Of a DNA stretch of 64,000 nucleotides, positions 22,710 to 34,796 are shown in pieces. A program made the translations under genes and the position numbers. Source of the stretch: Mobula hypostoma (taxonomy: Eukaryota); contig NC_086097.1 of the NCBI RefSeq assembly GCF_963921235.1, positions 172,362,001 through 172,426,000 of the forward strand, given 5' to 3'. Positions within the stretch are counted from its first letter, which is position 1. Each line of letters opens with the position of its first letter. The notes beneath the pieces are model-generated. The model was not told where the DNA came from. It saw only the letters and a program-made list of their open reading frames with translations, and made no database searches.

Positions 22710-24417
22710 ACATAGAAACATAGAAACATAGAAAATAGGTGCAGGAGTAGGCCATTCGGCCCTTCGAGCCTGCACCACCATTTATTATGATCATGGCTGA
22801 TCATCCAACTCAGAACCCTGTACCAGCCTTCCCTCCATACCCCCTGACCCCCGTAGCCACAAGGGCCATATCTAACTCCCTCTTAAATATAGCCAATGAA
22901 CTGGCCTCAACTGTTTCCTGTGGCAGAGAATTCCACAGATTCACCACTCTCTGTGTGAAGAAGTTTTTCCTAATCTCGGTCCTAAAAGGCTTCCCCTCTA
23001 TCTTCAAACTGTGGCCCCTCGTTCTGGACTTCCCAAACATCGGGAACAATCTTCCTGCATCTAGCCTGTCCAATCCCTTTAGGATCTTATACGTTTCAAT
23101 CAGATCCCCCCTCAATCTTCTAAATTCCAACGAGTACAAGCCCAGTTCATCCAGTCTTTCTTCATATGAAAGTCCTGCCATCCCAGGAATCAATCTGGTG
23201 AACCTTCTTTGTACTCCCTCTATGGCAAAGATGTCTTTCCTCAGATTAGGGGACCAAAACTGCACACAATACTCCAGGTGTGGTCTCACCAAGGCCTTGT
23301 ACAACTGCAGTAGTACCTCCCTGCTCCTGTACTCGAATCCTCTCGCTATAAATGCCAGCATACCATTCGCCTTTTTCACCGCCTGCTGTACCTGCATGCC
23401 CACTTTCAATGACTGGTGTATAATGACACCCAGGTCTCGTTGCACCTCCCCTTTTCCTAATTGGCCACCATTCAGATAATAATCTGTTTTCCTATTTTTG
23501 CCACCAAAGTGGATAACTTCACATTTATCCACATTAAATTGCATCTGCCATGAATTTGCCCACTCACCTAACCTATCCAAGTCACCCTGCATCCTCTTAG
23601 CATCCTCCTCACTGCTAACACTGCCACCCAGCTTCGTGTCATCCGCAAACTTGGAGATGCTGCATTTAGTTCCCTCATCCAAGTCATTAATATATATTGT
23701 AAACAACTGGGGTCCCAGCACTGAGCCTTGCGGTACCCCACTAGTCACCGCCTGCCATTCTGAAAAGGTCCCGTTTATTCCCACTCTTTGCTTCCTGTCT
23801 GCCAACCAATTCTCCACCCACACCAATACCTTACCCCCAATACCGTGTGCTTTAAGTTTGCACACTAATCTCCTGTGTGGGACCTTGTCAAAAGCCTTTT
23901 GAAAATCCAAATATACCACATCCACTGGTTCTCCCCTATCTACTCTACTAGTTACATCCTCAAAAAATTCTATGAGATTCGTCAGACATGATTTTCCTTT
24001 CACAAATCCATGCTGACTTTGTCCGATCATTTCACCGCTTTCCAAATGTGCTGTTATCACATCCTTGATAACTGACTCCAGCAGTTTCCCCACCACCGAC
24101 GTTAGGCTAACCGCTCTATAATTCCCCGGTTTCTCTCTCCCTCCTTTTTTAAAAAGTGGAGTTACATTAGCCACTCTCCAATCCTCAGGAACTAGTCCAG
24201 AATCTAACGAGTTTTGAAAAATTATCACTAATGCATCCACTATTTCTTGGGCTACTTCCTTAAGCACTCTAGGATGCAGACCATCTGGCCCTGGGGATTT
24301 ATCTGCCTTCAATCCCTTCAATTTACCTAACACCACTTCCCTACTAACATGTATTTCCCTCAGTTCCTCCATCTCACTGGACCCTCTGTCCCCTACTATT
24401 TCTGGAAGATTATTTAT
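22710..24417 (-). mobile_element. Young CR1 (HER1-like) LINE, 5'-truncated, complete RT domain
   Basis: Open frame from INNLPEIV to GGKAGTGF*; (TTCTATGT)n tail; short TSD GAA at 22707-22709 and 24418-24420. Confidence 0.95.
22810..24417 (-). CDS. CR1 ORF2 reverse transcriptase (endonuclease lost by truncation; ORF-track start at 24558 reads in from the host element)
   Basis: KSPGPDGLHP, PGNYRAVSLTS, YLDFQKAFDKVPH, GVPQGSVLGP, FADD; no stops. Confidence 0.88.
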   Translation of the reverse strand: MNNLPEIVGDRGSSEMEELREIHVSREVVLGKLKGLKADKSPGPDGLHPRVLKEVAQEIVDALVIIFQNSLDSGLVPEDWRVANVTPLFKKGGREKPGNYRAVSLTSVVGKLLESVIKDVITAHLESGEMIGQSQHGFVKGKSCLTNLIEFFEDVTSRVDRGEPVDVVYLDFQKAFDKVPHRRLVCKLKAHGIGGKVLVWVENWLADRKQRVGINGTFSEWQAVTSGVPQGSVLGPQLFTIYINDLDEGTKCSISKFADDTKLGGSVSSEEDAKRMQGDLDRLGEWANSWQMQFNVDKCEVIHFGGKNRKTDYYLNGGQLGKGEVQRDLGVIIHQSLKVGMQVQQAVKKANGMLAFIARGFEYRSREVLLQLYKALVRPHLEYCVQFWSPNLRKDIFAIEGVQRRFTRLIPGMAGLSYEERLDELGLYSLEFRRLRGDLIETYKILKGLDRLDAGRLFPMFGKSRTRGHSLKIEGKPFRTEIRKNFFTQRVVNLWNSLPQETVEASSLAIFKRELDMALVATGVRGYGGKAGTGF

Positions 24418-25799
24418 GAATACAAGAGCAAAGATGTGATGCCAGTTTGTTGGTGTATTTAAGGCAGAGCTTGATAGGTTCTTGATTGGACGTGCATCAA
24501 TGGTTATGTGGAGAAGGCTGGGGAGTGAGGCTGAGGAGGGGAAAAAACCATCAGCCATGTTTGAATGGTGGAGCGTACTTAATGGCCAAGTGGCCTAACT
24601 TTGCTCCTGTGTCTTATGGTCTTCTGGTCTTCACTGTACCTCAGTACATGTGACAATAATGTTAATTAAAATATAGAACATAGAAAATTACAGCATAGTA
24701 CAGGCCCTCACCCTACAATGTTGTACATTTTAACCTATTACAAGAGCAATCTAGCCCTTCCCTCACACATTCTCCCCCTTTTTTTTTATCCATGTACCAT
24801 CAAAAATCAATTTCCAGAATTGTATTAAGCCTGGTCTGATTGTACTGTTGGTAAAATGTAATTCTACCAATCATGGCATTGATTATTAGAAAAGTAATTC
24901 AGAGTGAAGGATTTCAGCTTTAGATTCATTTGATAGATCCATTTGTCACCACGGAGTGATGAAGAAGTTACAAAATTTCTCTTGTTTGCCTTGGGTGCCC
25001 ACAATTACATGCTGAGGAGCTGCTACTTTATCACTGCTGCAAGAGCCAGTCACATAGTCATAAAGTCAAAGAGTAATATAGCACAGAAACAGGCCCTTCA
25101 GCCCAACTGGTCTTTACCAGATAAGGTGCCTAATCTAAGCTCGTCTATTTGCCAGCATTGACCCACATCCCTTTAAATCTTTTGTATCCATATATTTATC
25201 CAAATGTCATTATTGCACATGCGTCAATCACTTCACCTGGCAGCTCGCTGTATATACTCATTCCATTCTGCATGAACAGTTTGCCCCTTATATCCCTTTA
25301 AAAATTTTCCCCTCTCACCTTAACCCTATGCCCTCTAGTTTTTGAGTGAAAGATTGTGTGCTTTCATCCTATCTATACCCTTCATGACTTTATCCACCTC
25401 TCATAGCTAAGCATGTAAGTAACATCATCAGATGCAGTGCACTACAGGACATCCTGAAGCTCTGAGAAATCATATATAATTGCCCGGAGGCTTTAGAAAT
25501 CTAATTGCATTCCCATGACACTCCAGCAATATCAATATCGCCCTGTCCTCAGCCATTGATGGGATTTATAAACTCTGTCAATTTAAATCCCATATTTGTA
25601 ATTGAATACACATGTTGCTGCATGTGGCATTTATTATTACCATGTGTACTGTTTACAGGGTGATCTTCACATGAGCAAGGAATTTCACTGCACTCTGGTG
25701 TATGTGAAAACAGACTAGTCAGAATGTGAGTAGAGTGGAGACGTCGCTGCTTCTTTCTTGTCCATCTTAGCTACTGCACGTGCACCAAGCAGTTCTTTA

Positions 25800-26545
25800 T
25801 TCTGGGGTGGGTCACATGCCCTTGTATGCATAAGAAGTGCTGAGATGGAAGTGCCTGAGAGTTTCAAGTTCCGATGTATAACTATCACCGATAACTTGTA
25901 CTGGTCCAATCACATTGATGCTATGGTCAAGAAAGTGCACCAGCACTTCTGATCATTCAGAAGGCTAAGTAAATTGACCACCACCAATTTTGATAGACGT
26001 GCCGCAGAAAGCATCCTATCCAGATACATCGCAGTTCACTATGGCAACTACTCTGCCCAAAACTGCAAGAAATTCTAGAGTTGTGGACATAGTTCAGTCC
26101 ATCATGAAAACCGGTCCCCTCCATCAACTCTGTTTATATTTCCCACTGGCTCATTAAAGAGGCCAAACAGCAAAATCAAAGCCCCCTCCCACTCTAATCA
26201 TTCACTCTTCTTCCACACCCCACTCCATCAGATAAAAGATACAAAAACTAGAAAAGACAGACCACCAGGCTCAAAGAAAACTTTTCTTTCACTGATATAA
26301 AGTTCCTGAATGGACTTCTTGCACAATAAAGATAAATACTTGATTTCACAATATACCTCTCTGTCTACCTGAACTGGACTTTCTCTGTAATGGTAAATGT
26401 AACATTAAATTTTACATTCTGTTATTGCTCTTCTCTTCGTACTACCTCAAAGTACTTATAGTATAACCTGAACTGAGATGTGGAGATGGCAAACAAAATA
26501 AAGTTCTTAACTACTGTATATCAGTGCATGTCACAATAATGAACA
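25800..26545 (+). mobile_element. Old Rex1/Babar-type LINE 3' fragment
   Basis: ESFKFRCITITDNLYWSNHIDAMVKK, followed by degenerate ESILS and TTRLK.NF motifs. Confidence 0.7.
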
Positions 26546-26569
26546 ATTACTAATGGCGACCATTTAAAC

Positions 26570-28730
26570 TGCCTACTTCCATTGACCTGCACCAGGACCA
26601 GAGCCTGCCATACCCCTTCCATCCATGTACCTATCCAAACTTCAATGAAACATTGAAATAGAGCTCATATGTACCACTTGTACCGAAGCTTATTCCACAC
26701 TGTCATGACCCGCTGACTGAAGTTTCCCCTCATGTTCCCCTTAATTTCTCACCTTTCCACTTAATCCATCTCTAGCTGTATTCCCACCCAACCTTAGTGG
26801 AAAGAACCTGCTTGTATTTACCCTATCTATAGCCCTCATAATTTTGTATACCTACATCAAATCTCCCCTCAATCTTCTACGTTCCAAGGAATAAAGTCCT
26901 AACCTATTCAATCTTCCTTATAACTCAGGTCCCCCAGACCCTGCTACATCCTTGTAAATTTTCTCTGTACTCTTTCAACCTTATTTACATCTTTCCTTTA
27001 GGTTGGCAACCAAAACAGCACCCAATACCCAAAATTAGGCCTTACCATTGTCTTACACAACTTCAACATAACATCCTATCTCTTGTACTCAATACTTAGA
27101 TTTTTGAAGGCGAATGTGCCAAAAACTTTCTTTACGACTCTATCTAGCTGTGCTATCACTGTCAATGAATAATGGACCTGTATTCCCAGATCTCTTTGTT
27201 CCACAGAACTCCTCAGTGCCCTACCATTCACTGTGTAAGACCGACCCTGGTTGGTTCTACCAAAGTGCAATACCTCGCACTTGTCTGCATTAAATTCCTT
27301 CTGCCATTTTTCAGCCCATTTTTACAGATAGTTCAGATCCTGCTGCAAACTATGAAAGCCTTCCTTGCTGTTCACTTCACGCCCGATCTTGGTGCCATCC
27401 ACAAATTCGCAGATCCAGTTAATAGATAGATAGACATACTTTATTGATCCCGAGGGAGATTGGGTTTCGTTACAGCTGCACCAACTGAGAATAGAGCATA
27501 AATATAGCAATACAACAACCACAAACAATCAAACAACAATATGCAAACTATGCCGGATGGAAATAAGTCCAGGACCAGCCTATTGGCTCAGGGTGACTGA
27601 CCCTCCACGCAAGGAGCTGCAAAGTTCGATGTCCACAGGCAGGAACGCCCAGTGTTGTATCTCGGTGGAATATGGCCGGAGTCCAACAGCAAAAAGTTCA
27701 ATATCTGGGCTACAAGCACATTCTTCGATTGTAATATGACCAGGATTGCACCATCCATTGTTAACCAGAACAGCAAGCCCCCAACTTTTTTACGCTTACG
27801 GCTCTCAGTGCACTTCCGGTCAGCCCAAACGGTCTGGAAACCCTCCATGGAAAAGTTTTGGTTGGGTATGTCCTTGTGCAGCCCCATTCCAGTAAAACAC
27901 ATAACACTGCACTCCCGAAATTTTCTCTGACTCCCGGCTAGCGCCGTCAACTCATCCATTTTATTACCCACCGAACTCGTCTTCTCCATAAGTCTCTGTT
28001 GTCTCGACCCGTTCCTCTTTCCTCGCCTTTGTGATCCCCTTCTGCATCCTCTGTGTGTTTTCCTCCAGATTTCAGCAGGGGTGTCCACCGCTCTGTTCGC
28101 TAAACTTGCCGGCATGTGCAATCAGCTGGTCCCTGGAATAAACAATGCAACCATACTGCTGCCCCGCTAATGAGACGTGTCCGAATGTAACTATTTCCAG
28201 CGCTAAAAACCCAAATAAAACTCTCTCCGCCAGCATGTTAGCGAGGGTGCAGCTTCAATGTGTTACTGGGAAAAAAGATACAACAAATAACGTAAGTTAA
28301 AAAAGTAAGAAAACTAGTCAGAATGGCTGTAACAGGCTGTAACCTCATTATCATCCAGATCATTGACACAGATGGCAAACAACAGATCCAGCACCAATCC
28401 CTGTGGCACTCTGCTAGTTACAGACCTCCAGTCAAAGAAACAACCATCTACTATCACTCTCTGGAGTCTCTCACAAAGCCAATGCCTAATCCAATTTACT
28501 ACTTATCTTGAATGCCAAGCGACTGTGCATTCTTAACCAACCCTCCATGTGAGACTTTGTCAAATGTCCATGTAGACAACATCCACTACCTTGCCTTCAT
28601 CAAATTTCATGGTAACTGCCTCAAAAAACTGTATAAGATTGGTTAGACATGAGCTACCATGCACAAAGCTTTAATCAGTCGATGTCTATCCAAATACTTG
28701 TATATACAGTCCCTTAGAATACCTTCCATT
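26570..28730 (-). mobile_element. Old CR1, split by a Rex derivative at 27423-28339
   Basis: HFGRTNQGRSYTVNG, EQRDLGIQVH; GATCCAGTTAA|CCTCATTATCATCCAGATC rejoins across the insert. Confidence 0.8.
27423..28339 (-). mobile_element. Internally deleted Rex1/Babar derivative (5' UTR and start of APE endonuclease fused to the 3' end)
   Basis: SVGNKMDEL..RECSVMCFT, EGFQTVWADR, ELFAVGLRPY fused at ~27670 to sequence matching 37930-38167; (TCTA)n tail; TSD TAA. Confidence 0.8.
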
Positions 28731-29669
28731 AATCCTAAAGAAAACCATCAATGGGAAAGAGATGTTGGCCTTGTCAACCTTATCCATAACATGAATGTTA
28801 AAAAGAATATTTTTCGTGCCTTGGGTCTTATAGCCTTCAGTTCAAGAGATGATACAGTATAGTACAGAGATGATACTATATCCACTGGCCACAGCTCAGT
28901 GGATACAGTGAATGCTGCATTTGAAACTCAGCAATAGACAGCAATGAACAGCTCCAATGAGGTCTTCCCATATCTGTTGATGAGTTGCCCAATGACACTA
29001 CCAAATTAGAGGAGGACATTGACAAGGTACCAGAAAACATCTATCTCATTAGGCAACAGAAAACTAATGTTAGTTTTTGAACTCATACAAAACAAATAGG
29101 GTTGTCATCATTAATTGTACATGGTGCCTCCCCTACATCAGAATGGGAATTAGACATTTTAATTCATACTTTCCCCTAGATATTAAAAAATATATAATCA
29201 GTGATTTTACCTTTTCTTTGTTCTTTTGGATTTATAATTTGATCCAATTTGTATACTCACACATAGCAATTTAAAATTAGCAACATGACTGAAAATAATA
29301 TTCTCCATCCAAAATATCACTGAATTGTTTTAATGGTTCATTAAACTTGTTAACATTTAAATGCTCTGAGCAGCCTTAGTGCAAAGGCTACAATTCCAGA
29401 AAAGAATGATCAACAGTTAGAACATTAGCAACACACAACTGTCCAAAGAAAGATCACAGAAACAAGGATGTTGCAATCTTAAGCCTGAGTCTAACAACCT
29501 TTGACCAATATTTTCATTTTCTTTCAGGCTTTCTGTAATCATTACCCAGCCACTGAAGTTCTTTTTCTGTAGCTATCTTCCCTGCCCCCACCACCACTAA
29601 TTTATGAACCATCAACCAAGATTATTCATATCATCTCCCCACATTCAGGGACTTCTTCCAAAAGGCAGG

Positions 29670-31030
29670 ACTTCAAGAAGGCGACACCCAGACACTCAGA
29701 GCCCTCACCATCTGGGATATGTCCTCTTCTCATTACTATTATAAGGGATGAGATACAGGAGCCTGTACTCAATGCAAATACAAATATCTAGGTCAGGATG
29801 TTGTTTATCGATTATAACCCAGCGTTTAACACCATCATTCCTACAGTCCTGATTGAAAAGCTACAGAACCCAGGCCTCTGTACCTCCCTCTGCAATTGGA
29901 TCCTCAACTTCCTAACCAGAAGACCACAACCCATGACTATGTGACTAGGCATAGCTCATATGCCGTCAATCAATTTGCTGGTGACACAACTATTGTTGGC
30001 AGTATTTATGATGATGAGAGGATGTACAGGAGCGAGATACACCAGCTGGTTGAGTGGTGTCGCAGCAAAAAACCATGCACTCAGCGTCAGTAAGACCAAA
30101 GAGCTGATTGTGGACTTCAGAAGGGGTAAGATGAGGAAACACACACCAACCCTTATAGAGGAATCAGAAGTGGAGTGAGTGAACTGTTTCAAGTTCCTGG
30201 GTGTCAAGATCTCTGAGGATCTGACCTAGTCCCAACATATTGATGCAGCTATAAAGAAGGGAAGACAGTGGCTATAGTTCATTAGGAGTTTGAGGAAAAT
30301 TGGAATGACGACTAAAACATTAAAAGTTTCTACAGATGGAGAGTATTTTGACTGTCTGGTATAGGTGGGGGATGGGCTACTGCACAGGATTATAGTAAGC
30401 TGCTGAGGGTTTTAAAATTAGTCTGCTTCATCATGGGCACTAGGCTCTGTAGTATCCAAGACATCTTCAAGCAGCAGTGCCTCAGAAAGGTGGCCTCCAT
30501 TATTAAGGACCCCCATCACCCAGGACATGCCCTCTTCTCATTGTTACCGTCGGGAAGAAGTACAGAATCCTGAAGGCGCACCCTCAGCGATCAGGAACAG
30601 CTTCTTCTCCTCTGCCATCCGATTTTGAAACATGGAACACTACCTCACGATGTTTTTATTTCTATTTTTGCACTACTTATTTAATTTAACTACTTGATAT
30701 ACATATACATACTTACCGTAACTCACAGTTTTTTTTCTTTCTATACTGTATTAACATGTATTGCAATGTACTGCTGCCACAAAATGAACAAATTTCATGA
30801 CATATGCCGGCGATATAAGGCCTGATTCTCATTCTGATTCTGATTCAGTAACAGTTTCTTCCTCCTCCAACAACAGATTATTGAATGGTCCATGAACCCA
30901 CAAACACTACTTTGTTATTCCTTTTCTACTTTTTTTTTGTAATTTATAGTTACTTAATGTCATGCATGTACTACTGCAAAACAACACATTTCAAGTTATA
31001 TAGGACAGTGATAGTAAGCCTGATTTTGAT
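29670..31030 (+). mobile_element. Nested old Rex1/Babar-type fragments
   Basis: [38 protein letters not shown], two (CTGATT)n tails. Confidence 0.75.
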
Positions 31031-31680
31031 TATAATTCTGCTTCTGATGACTTGATTTCCTTCGGAAGTCAGAAGTGGGGATGTTCACTGACATTTGCAC
31101 AGTATTCAATTCCATTCATAGCTCATCAAATGAAGCAGACCATGACTGCACTGAGGAAGACCTAGATACATCCAGGCATGGGCTGACAGGTAGTCAATAT
31201 CATTTGCATCACAATCTGCCGGGTAATAGTAATTGTCAACAGGAGAGAATGTAACTACCTCTCCAGACATTCAATGTGGTTGAATATGCTATAATTAATA
31301 TTCTAGTGGCAGTCACCAGTGACCAAGGAATCCATTATACCAATAAGATGAATGCTGTATTTCACCTTGTGGCTCCCTAAAACTGTTCCATTGCCTTTAA
31401 AGCACAAGCCTGAAGTGTGACAAAATATTCCTCCAACAACACTCAGGATGGAATGAAATAAATTGTAAACTGGACATAAAGTTAGAGAATAAGAGGCACA
31501 GAATCGGAATCAGTGACATATGTGAAATTTGTTGTTTTGCAACAACAGTACAGTGCAAGACATAATATTACTATAAGTTCAAAAAATAAATAGTGCAAAA
31601 GATGAATAATGAGCTAGTGTTCAAGGGTTCATGAACTGTTCTGATTTCTGATGGTGGAGGGGAAGAAGCTGTTCCTAAAC

Positions 31681-31930
31681 CGCCGAGAGCCTCTGGTTCA
31701 CAGCTCTCAGGACTCGGGTTTGAATCCTGACCACAGATGCTCTCTGGTGAAGTTTGCACCTTGTGATCATATGGGTTTCCCCGGGCTGCTCCAGTTTCTC
31801 TCCCACGTGCCAAAGCTGGTCGAGCTGGGAGGTAGGTTGACATCTTTAAATTAGTCCTGGCTGGGGCATGATAGAATATTTGTAAATGACTGGGAGTCAG
31901 GAAGGGCGATAGTACAGTCAGGTGTTCCTG
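31681..31930 (+). mobile_element. V-SINE
   Basis: B box GGTTTGAATCC and V-domain GGGTTTCCCCGGGCTGCTCCAGTTTCTCTCCCAC. Confidence 0.65.
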
Positions 31931-33042
31931 TTGCTCTGGCAATTCCTTTTTCTCTATTCTGCTTTCTGGGAGAAGATATAGGAGCTTGAAAGTCCAAACA
32001 ATTAGACTCAAGAAAAGCTTCTTCCCTACTTCTGAACAAATGATCTCTTTCAAAGTTCAAAGTAAATTTATTATCAAAGTTATTATCAAATTTATTGTCA
32101 CCATATGCATACAACCCTGAGATTCATTTTCTTGCAGACATTCACAGTAAATTCAAGAAACACAACGGAATCGATAGAAGACCGCATACAATATGATGGA
32201 CAAATAACCAATGGGCAAAGAACAACAAACTGTGCAAATACAAAAGGAAGAAAATAATAATAATAAAACACAAATGACCCATCAAAATATCATCCTATTA
32301 CTTGATTAAAATCTATGTATAAAATTTTAACATCGTGCATCTCGCAACTAATCACCACTCACTTAGATAACCACAATATACTTACAGAAGAGCAGAAAGG
32401 ATGCCTTAAGGGTATGAAAAGATGTAAAGAACAACTGAAAATAGATACTGTATTCTAAATCAAGCCCAAAGGAAAAGCAGAAATCTTTCATGTTGGTATA
32501 TTGACTACCAAAAGCAATTTGATTCTATCCCACACTCATTGTTAATAGAAATTCTTTATATATATAAACTAAACCCAATACTTGTGAAATTCCTTCAACA
32601 TCTGAAGAAGCTTTGGCATATTATGATCACCCTAACTATTAACAAACAAAAAAGAACAACCACTGTTCTCAAAATAAATCGAGGCACTTTCCAGGGCGAC
32701 TCTCTAAGCCCACTATGGTTTTGTCTAGTTTTAAATCCACTCTCTAATTTAATGAATCAGATGAAAATTGGGTATCAAATCAGAAACAACCAAAAAAATT
32801 ATAGCTTGACACACGTTCTATACATGGACAATTTGAAATTATACCATCCTTCATCAGTGAAACTATAGCAATTAATTCAAATAGTAGAACTATTTTCTCA
32901 AAATATAAACATGAACTTTGGATTAGATAAGAGCACAACATTAAACATAAAGAAAGGTGCAATAGAGCTAGTAGAATATAAAACAGAGCAGCAGAATACA
33001 ATATAACCGATGGATGAATATGAAACTCATAAGTATTTGGGA

Positions 33043-33768
33043 TAGAAACATAGAAACATAGAAAATAGGTGCAGGAGTAGGCCATTCGGCCCTTCGAGCC
33101 TGCACCGCCATTTATTATGATCATGGCTGATCATCCAACTCAGAACCCAGCCTTCCCTCCATACCCCCTGACCCCTGTAGCCACAAGGGCCATATCTAAC
33201 TCCCTCTTAAACATAGCCAATGAACTGGCCTCAACAGTTTGCTGTGGCAGAGAATTCCACAGATTCACCACTCTCTGTGTGAAGAAGTTTTTCCTAATCT
33301 CGGTCCTAAAAGGCTTCCCCTCTATCCTCAAACTGTGACCCCTCGTTCTGGACCTCCCCAACATCGGGAACAATCTTCCCGCATCTAGCCTGTCCAATCC
33401 CTTTAGGATCTTATACGTTTCAATCAGATCCCCCCTCAATCTTCTAAATTCCAACGAGTACAAGCCCAGTTCATCCAGTCTTTCTTCATATGAAAGACCT
33501 GCCATCCCAGGAATCAATCTGGTGAACCTTCTTTGTACTCCCTCTATGGCAAAGATGTCTTTCCTCAGATTAGGGGACCAAAACTGCACACAATACTCCA
33601 GGTGTGGTCTCACCAAGGCCTTGTACAACTGCAGTAGTACCTCCCTGCTCCTGTACTCGAATCCTCTCGCTATAAATGCCAGCATACCGTTCGCCTTTTT
33701 CACCGCCTGCTGTACCTGCATGCCCACTTTCAATGACTGGTGTATAATGACACCCAGGTCTCGTTGCA
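33043..33768 (-). mobile_element. Young CR1 3' fragment (same subfamily as 2688-3852)
   Basis: Near-identical to 3128-3852; open frame QRDLG..GGKAGF*; (TTCTATGT)n tail. Confidence 0.95.
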
Positions 33769-34374
33769 AGGAAACGACAAGGAAAGAAAATAGATCATAC
33801 TGCGATAAAGGGAAAACTTCCAACAGAATTTACTTCAAGGCTTAAGAAAATCTGCCAAACAGAGCCCAATAGTAAAAATATAACAAAGGCAACAAACCCT
33901 TCCACTATACCCATATTAATGTATTCTTTTGGTATAATATCTTGGTCTGACACATCTGAAAAATTTACAAAGAAAAATAAGAACTGAAATAACAAATTTT
34001 AGAAAACACTATGTACACTCGAACACACTTAGGTTAACACTACGGAGGGCAAAAGGACGAAGAGGAATAACAGACATAGAAAGTTTGCACAACAGACAGA
34101 TAAAACTTCTAAAGATACATTTTCACCAACAATAATGGAATTTAGCACTCCACAGGAGCACATGCTGTTCTGATAAGTACACACCACTGAACTTAAATGA
34201 AAGCACAACCCAGAAAAATGAAGAAATTATCAGAATGGAAGGAAAAGTTAACCAATGAAGACCATGACCTTCCATGGAAATCAACCCCAGCATCTGAGCA
34301 GAGTAGGTGTTGCCAAGGAAGTATCAAGTGCCTGGTGCAGAGTTGGAGACCTCTTCCCAGAAACAGAGGGGTTC

Positions 34375-34796
34375 TGTCACCAGGTTTGGACATGGCCCAA
34401 AAGCAGAACGAGAGACACTGAAGCAGCTCGATAGTTTAATGCGAACAATGTTAAAGGGAAAATAAAACAATAAACGCTAGGCCAAACAGGGCCATTAACT
34501 AGAACTCTCAAACAGCAAATGAAGCCTACACTGCGGCTGAAAAGGACATCTAATTATTAAACGAATACCTCTAGTCTTCAGAGTCAGTTGACTCAACAGT
34601 CCAATTTTCTCAGGCAAGGCCGATGCAAACAAAGGCGAAACGTTGCTGTGCTCTGTCCTGAGTTCAAGTCTTGACCAATACTGCAACGGAATGAATGAAG
34701 TTAAATCTATCACAATGAAGTAATAATTAGCTGACATGTGCTATTCACAAGCGCAATTCCCGCATCTGATGCACTGCCAAATCCATGGTTGTGACA
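34375..34796 (-). mobile_element. Solo LTR (422 bp), same family as 11926-14510
   Basis: TGTCAC...GTGACA termini; TSD GGTTC/GGTTT at 34370-34374 and 34797-34801; interrupts the PETEGF-LVAI motif of the R4 element. Confidence 0.88.

Larger units (their letters stand above)
22154..24631 (+). mobile_element. Older CR1, internally deleted, interrupted by a young CR1
   Basis: DKVPHMRLL..AHGI, RDLGVLVQ..KANDMLAFISRGLE|YKSKDVM joins across the insert, then jumps to the 3' end with a TCTTATGG tail. Confidence 0.85.

Noticed and set aside
22787..23902. ORFs 22787..23479 and 23498..23902 (+), and equivalents at 2676..3779 (-) and 33117..33845 (+)
   Set aside because: Antisense shadows of the CR1 RT frame; they recur only because the CR1 copies are near-identical
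24418..24558. N-terminal extensions of the long ORFs (also 33769-33823, 49541-49657, 52026-52149)
   Set aside because: Chance read-in from flanking elements across insertion junctions, not real starts or fusion genes
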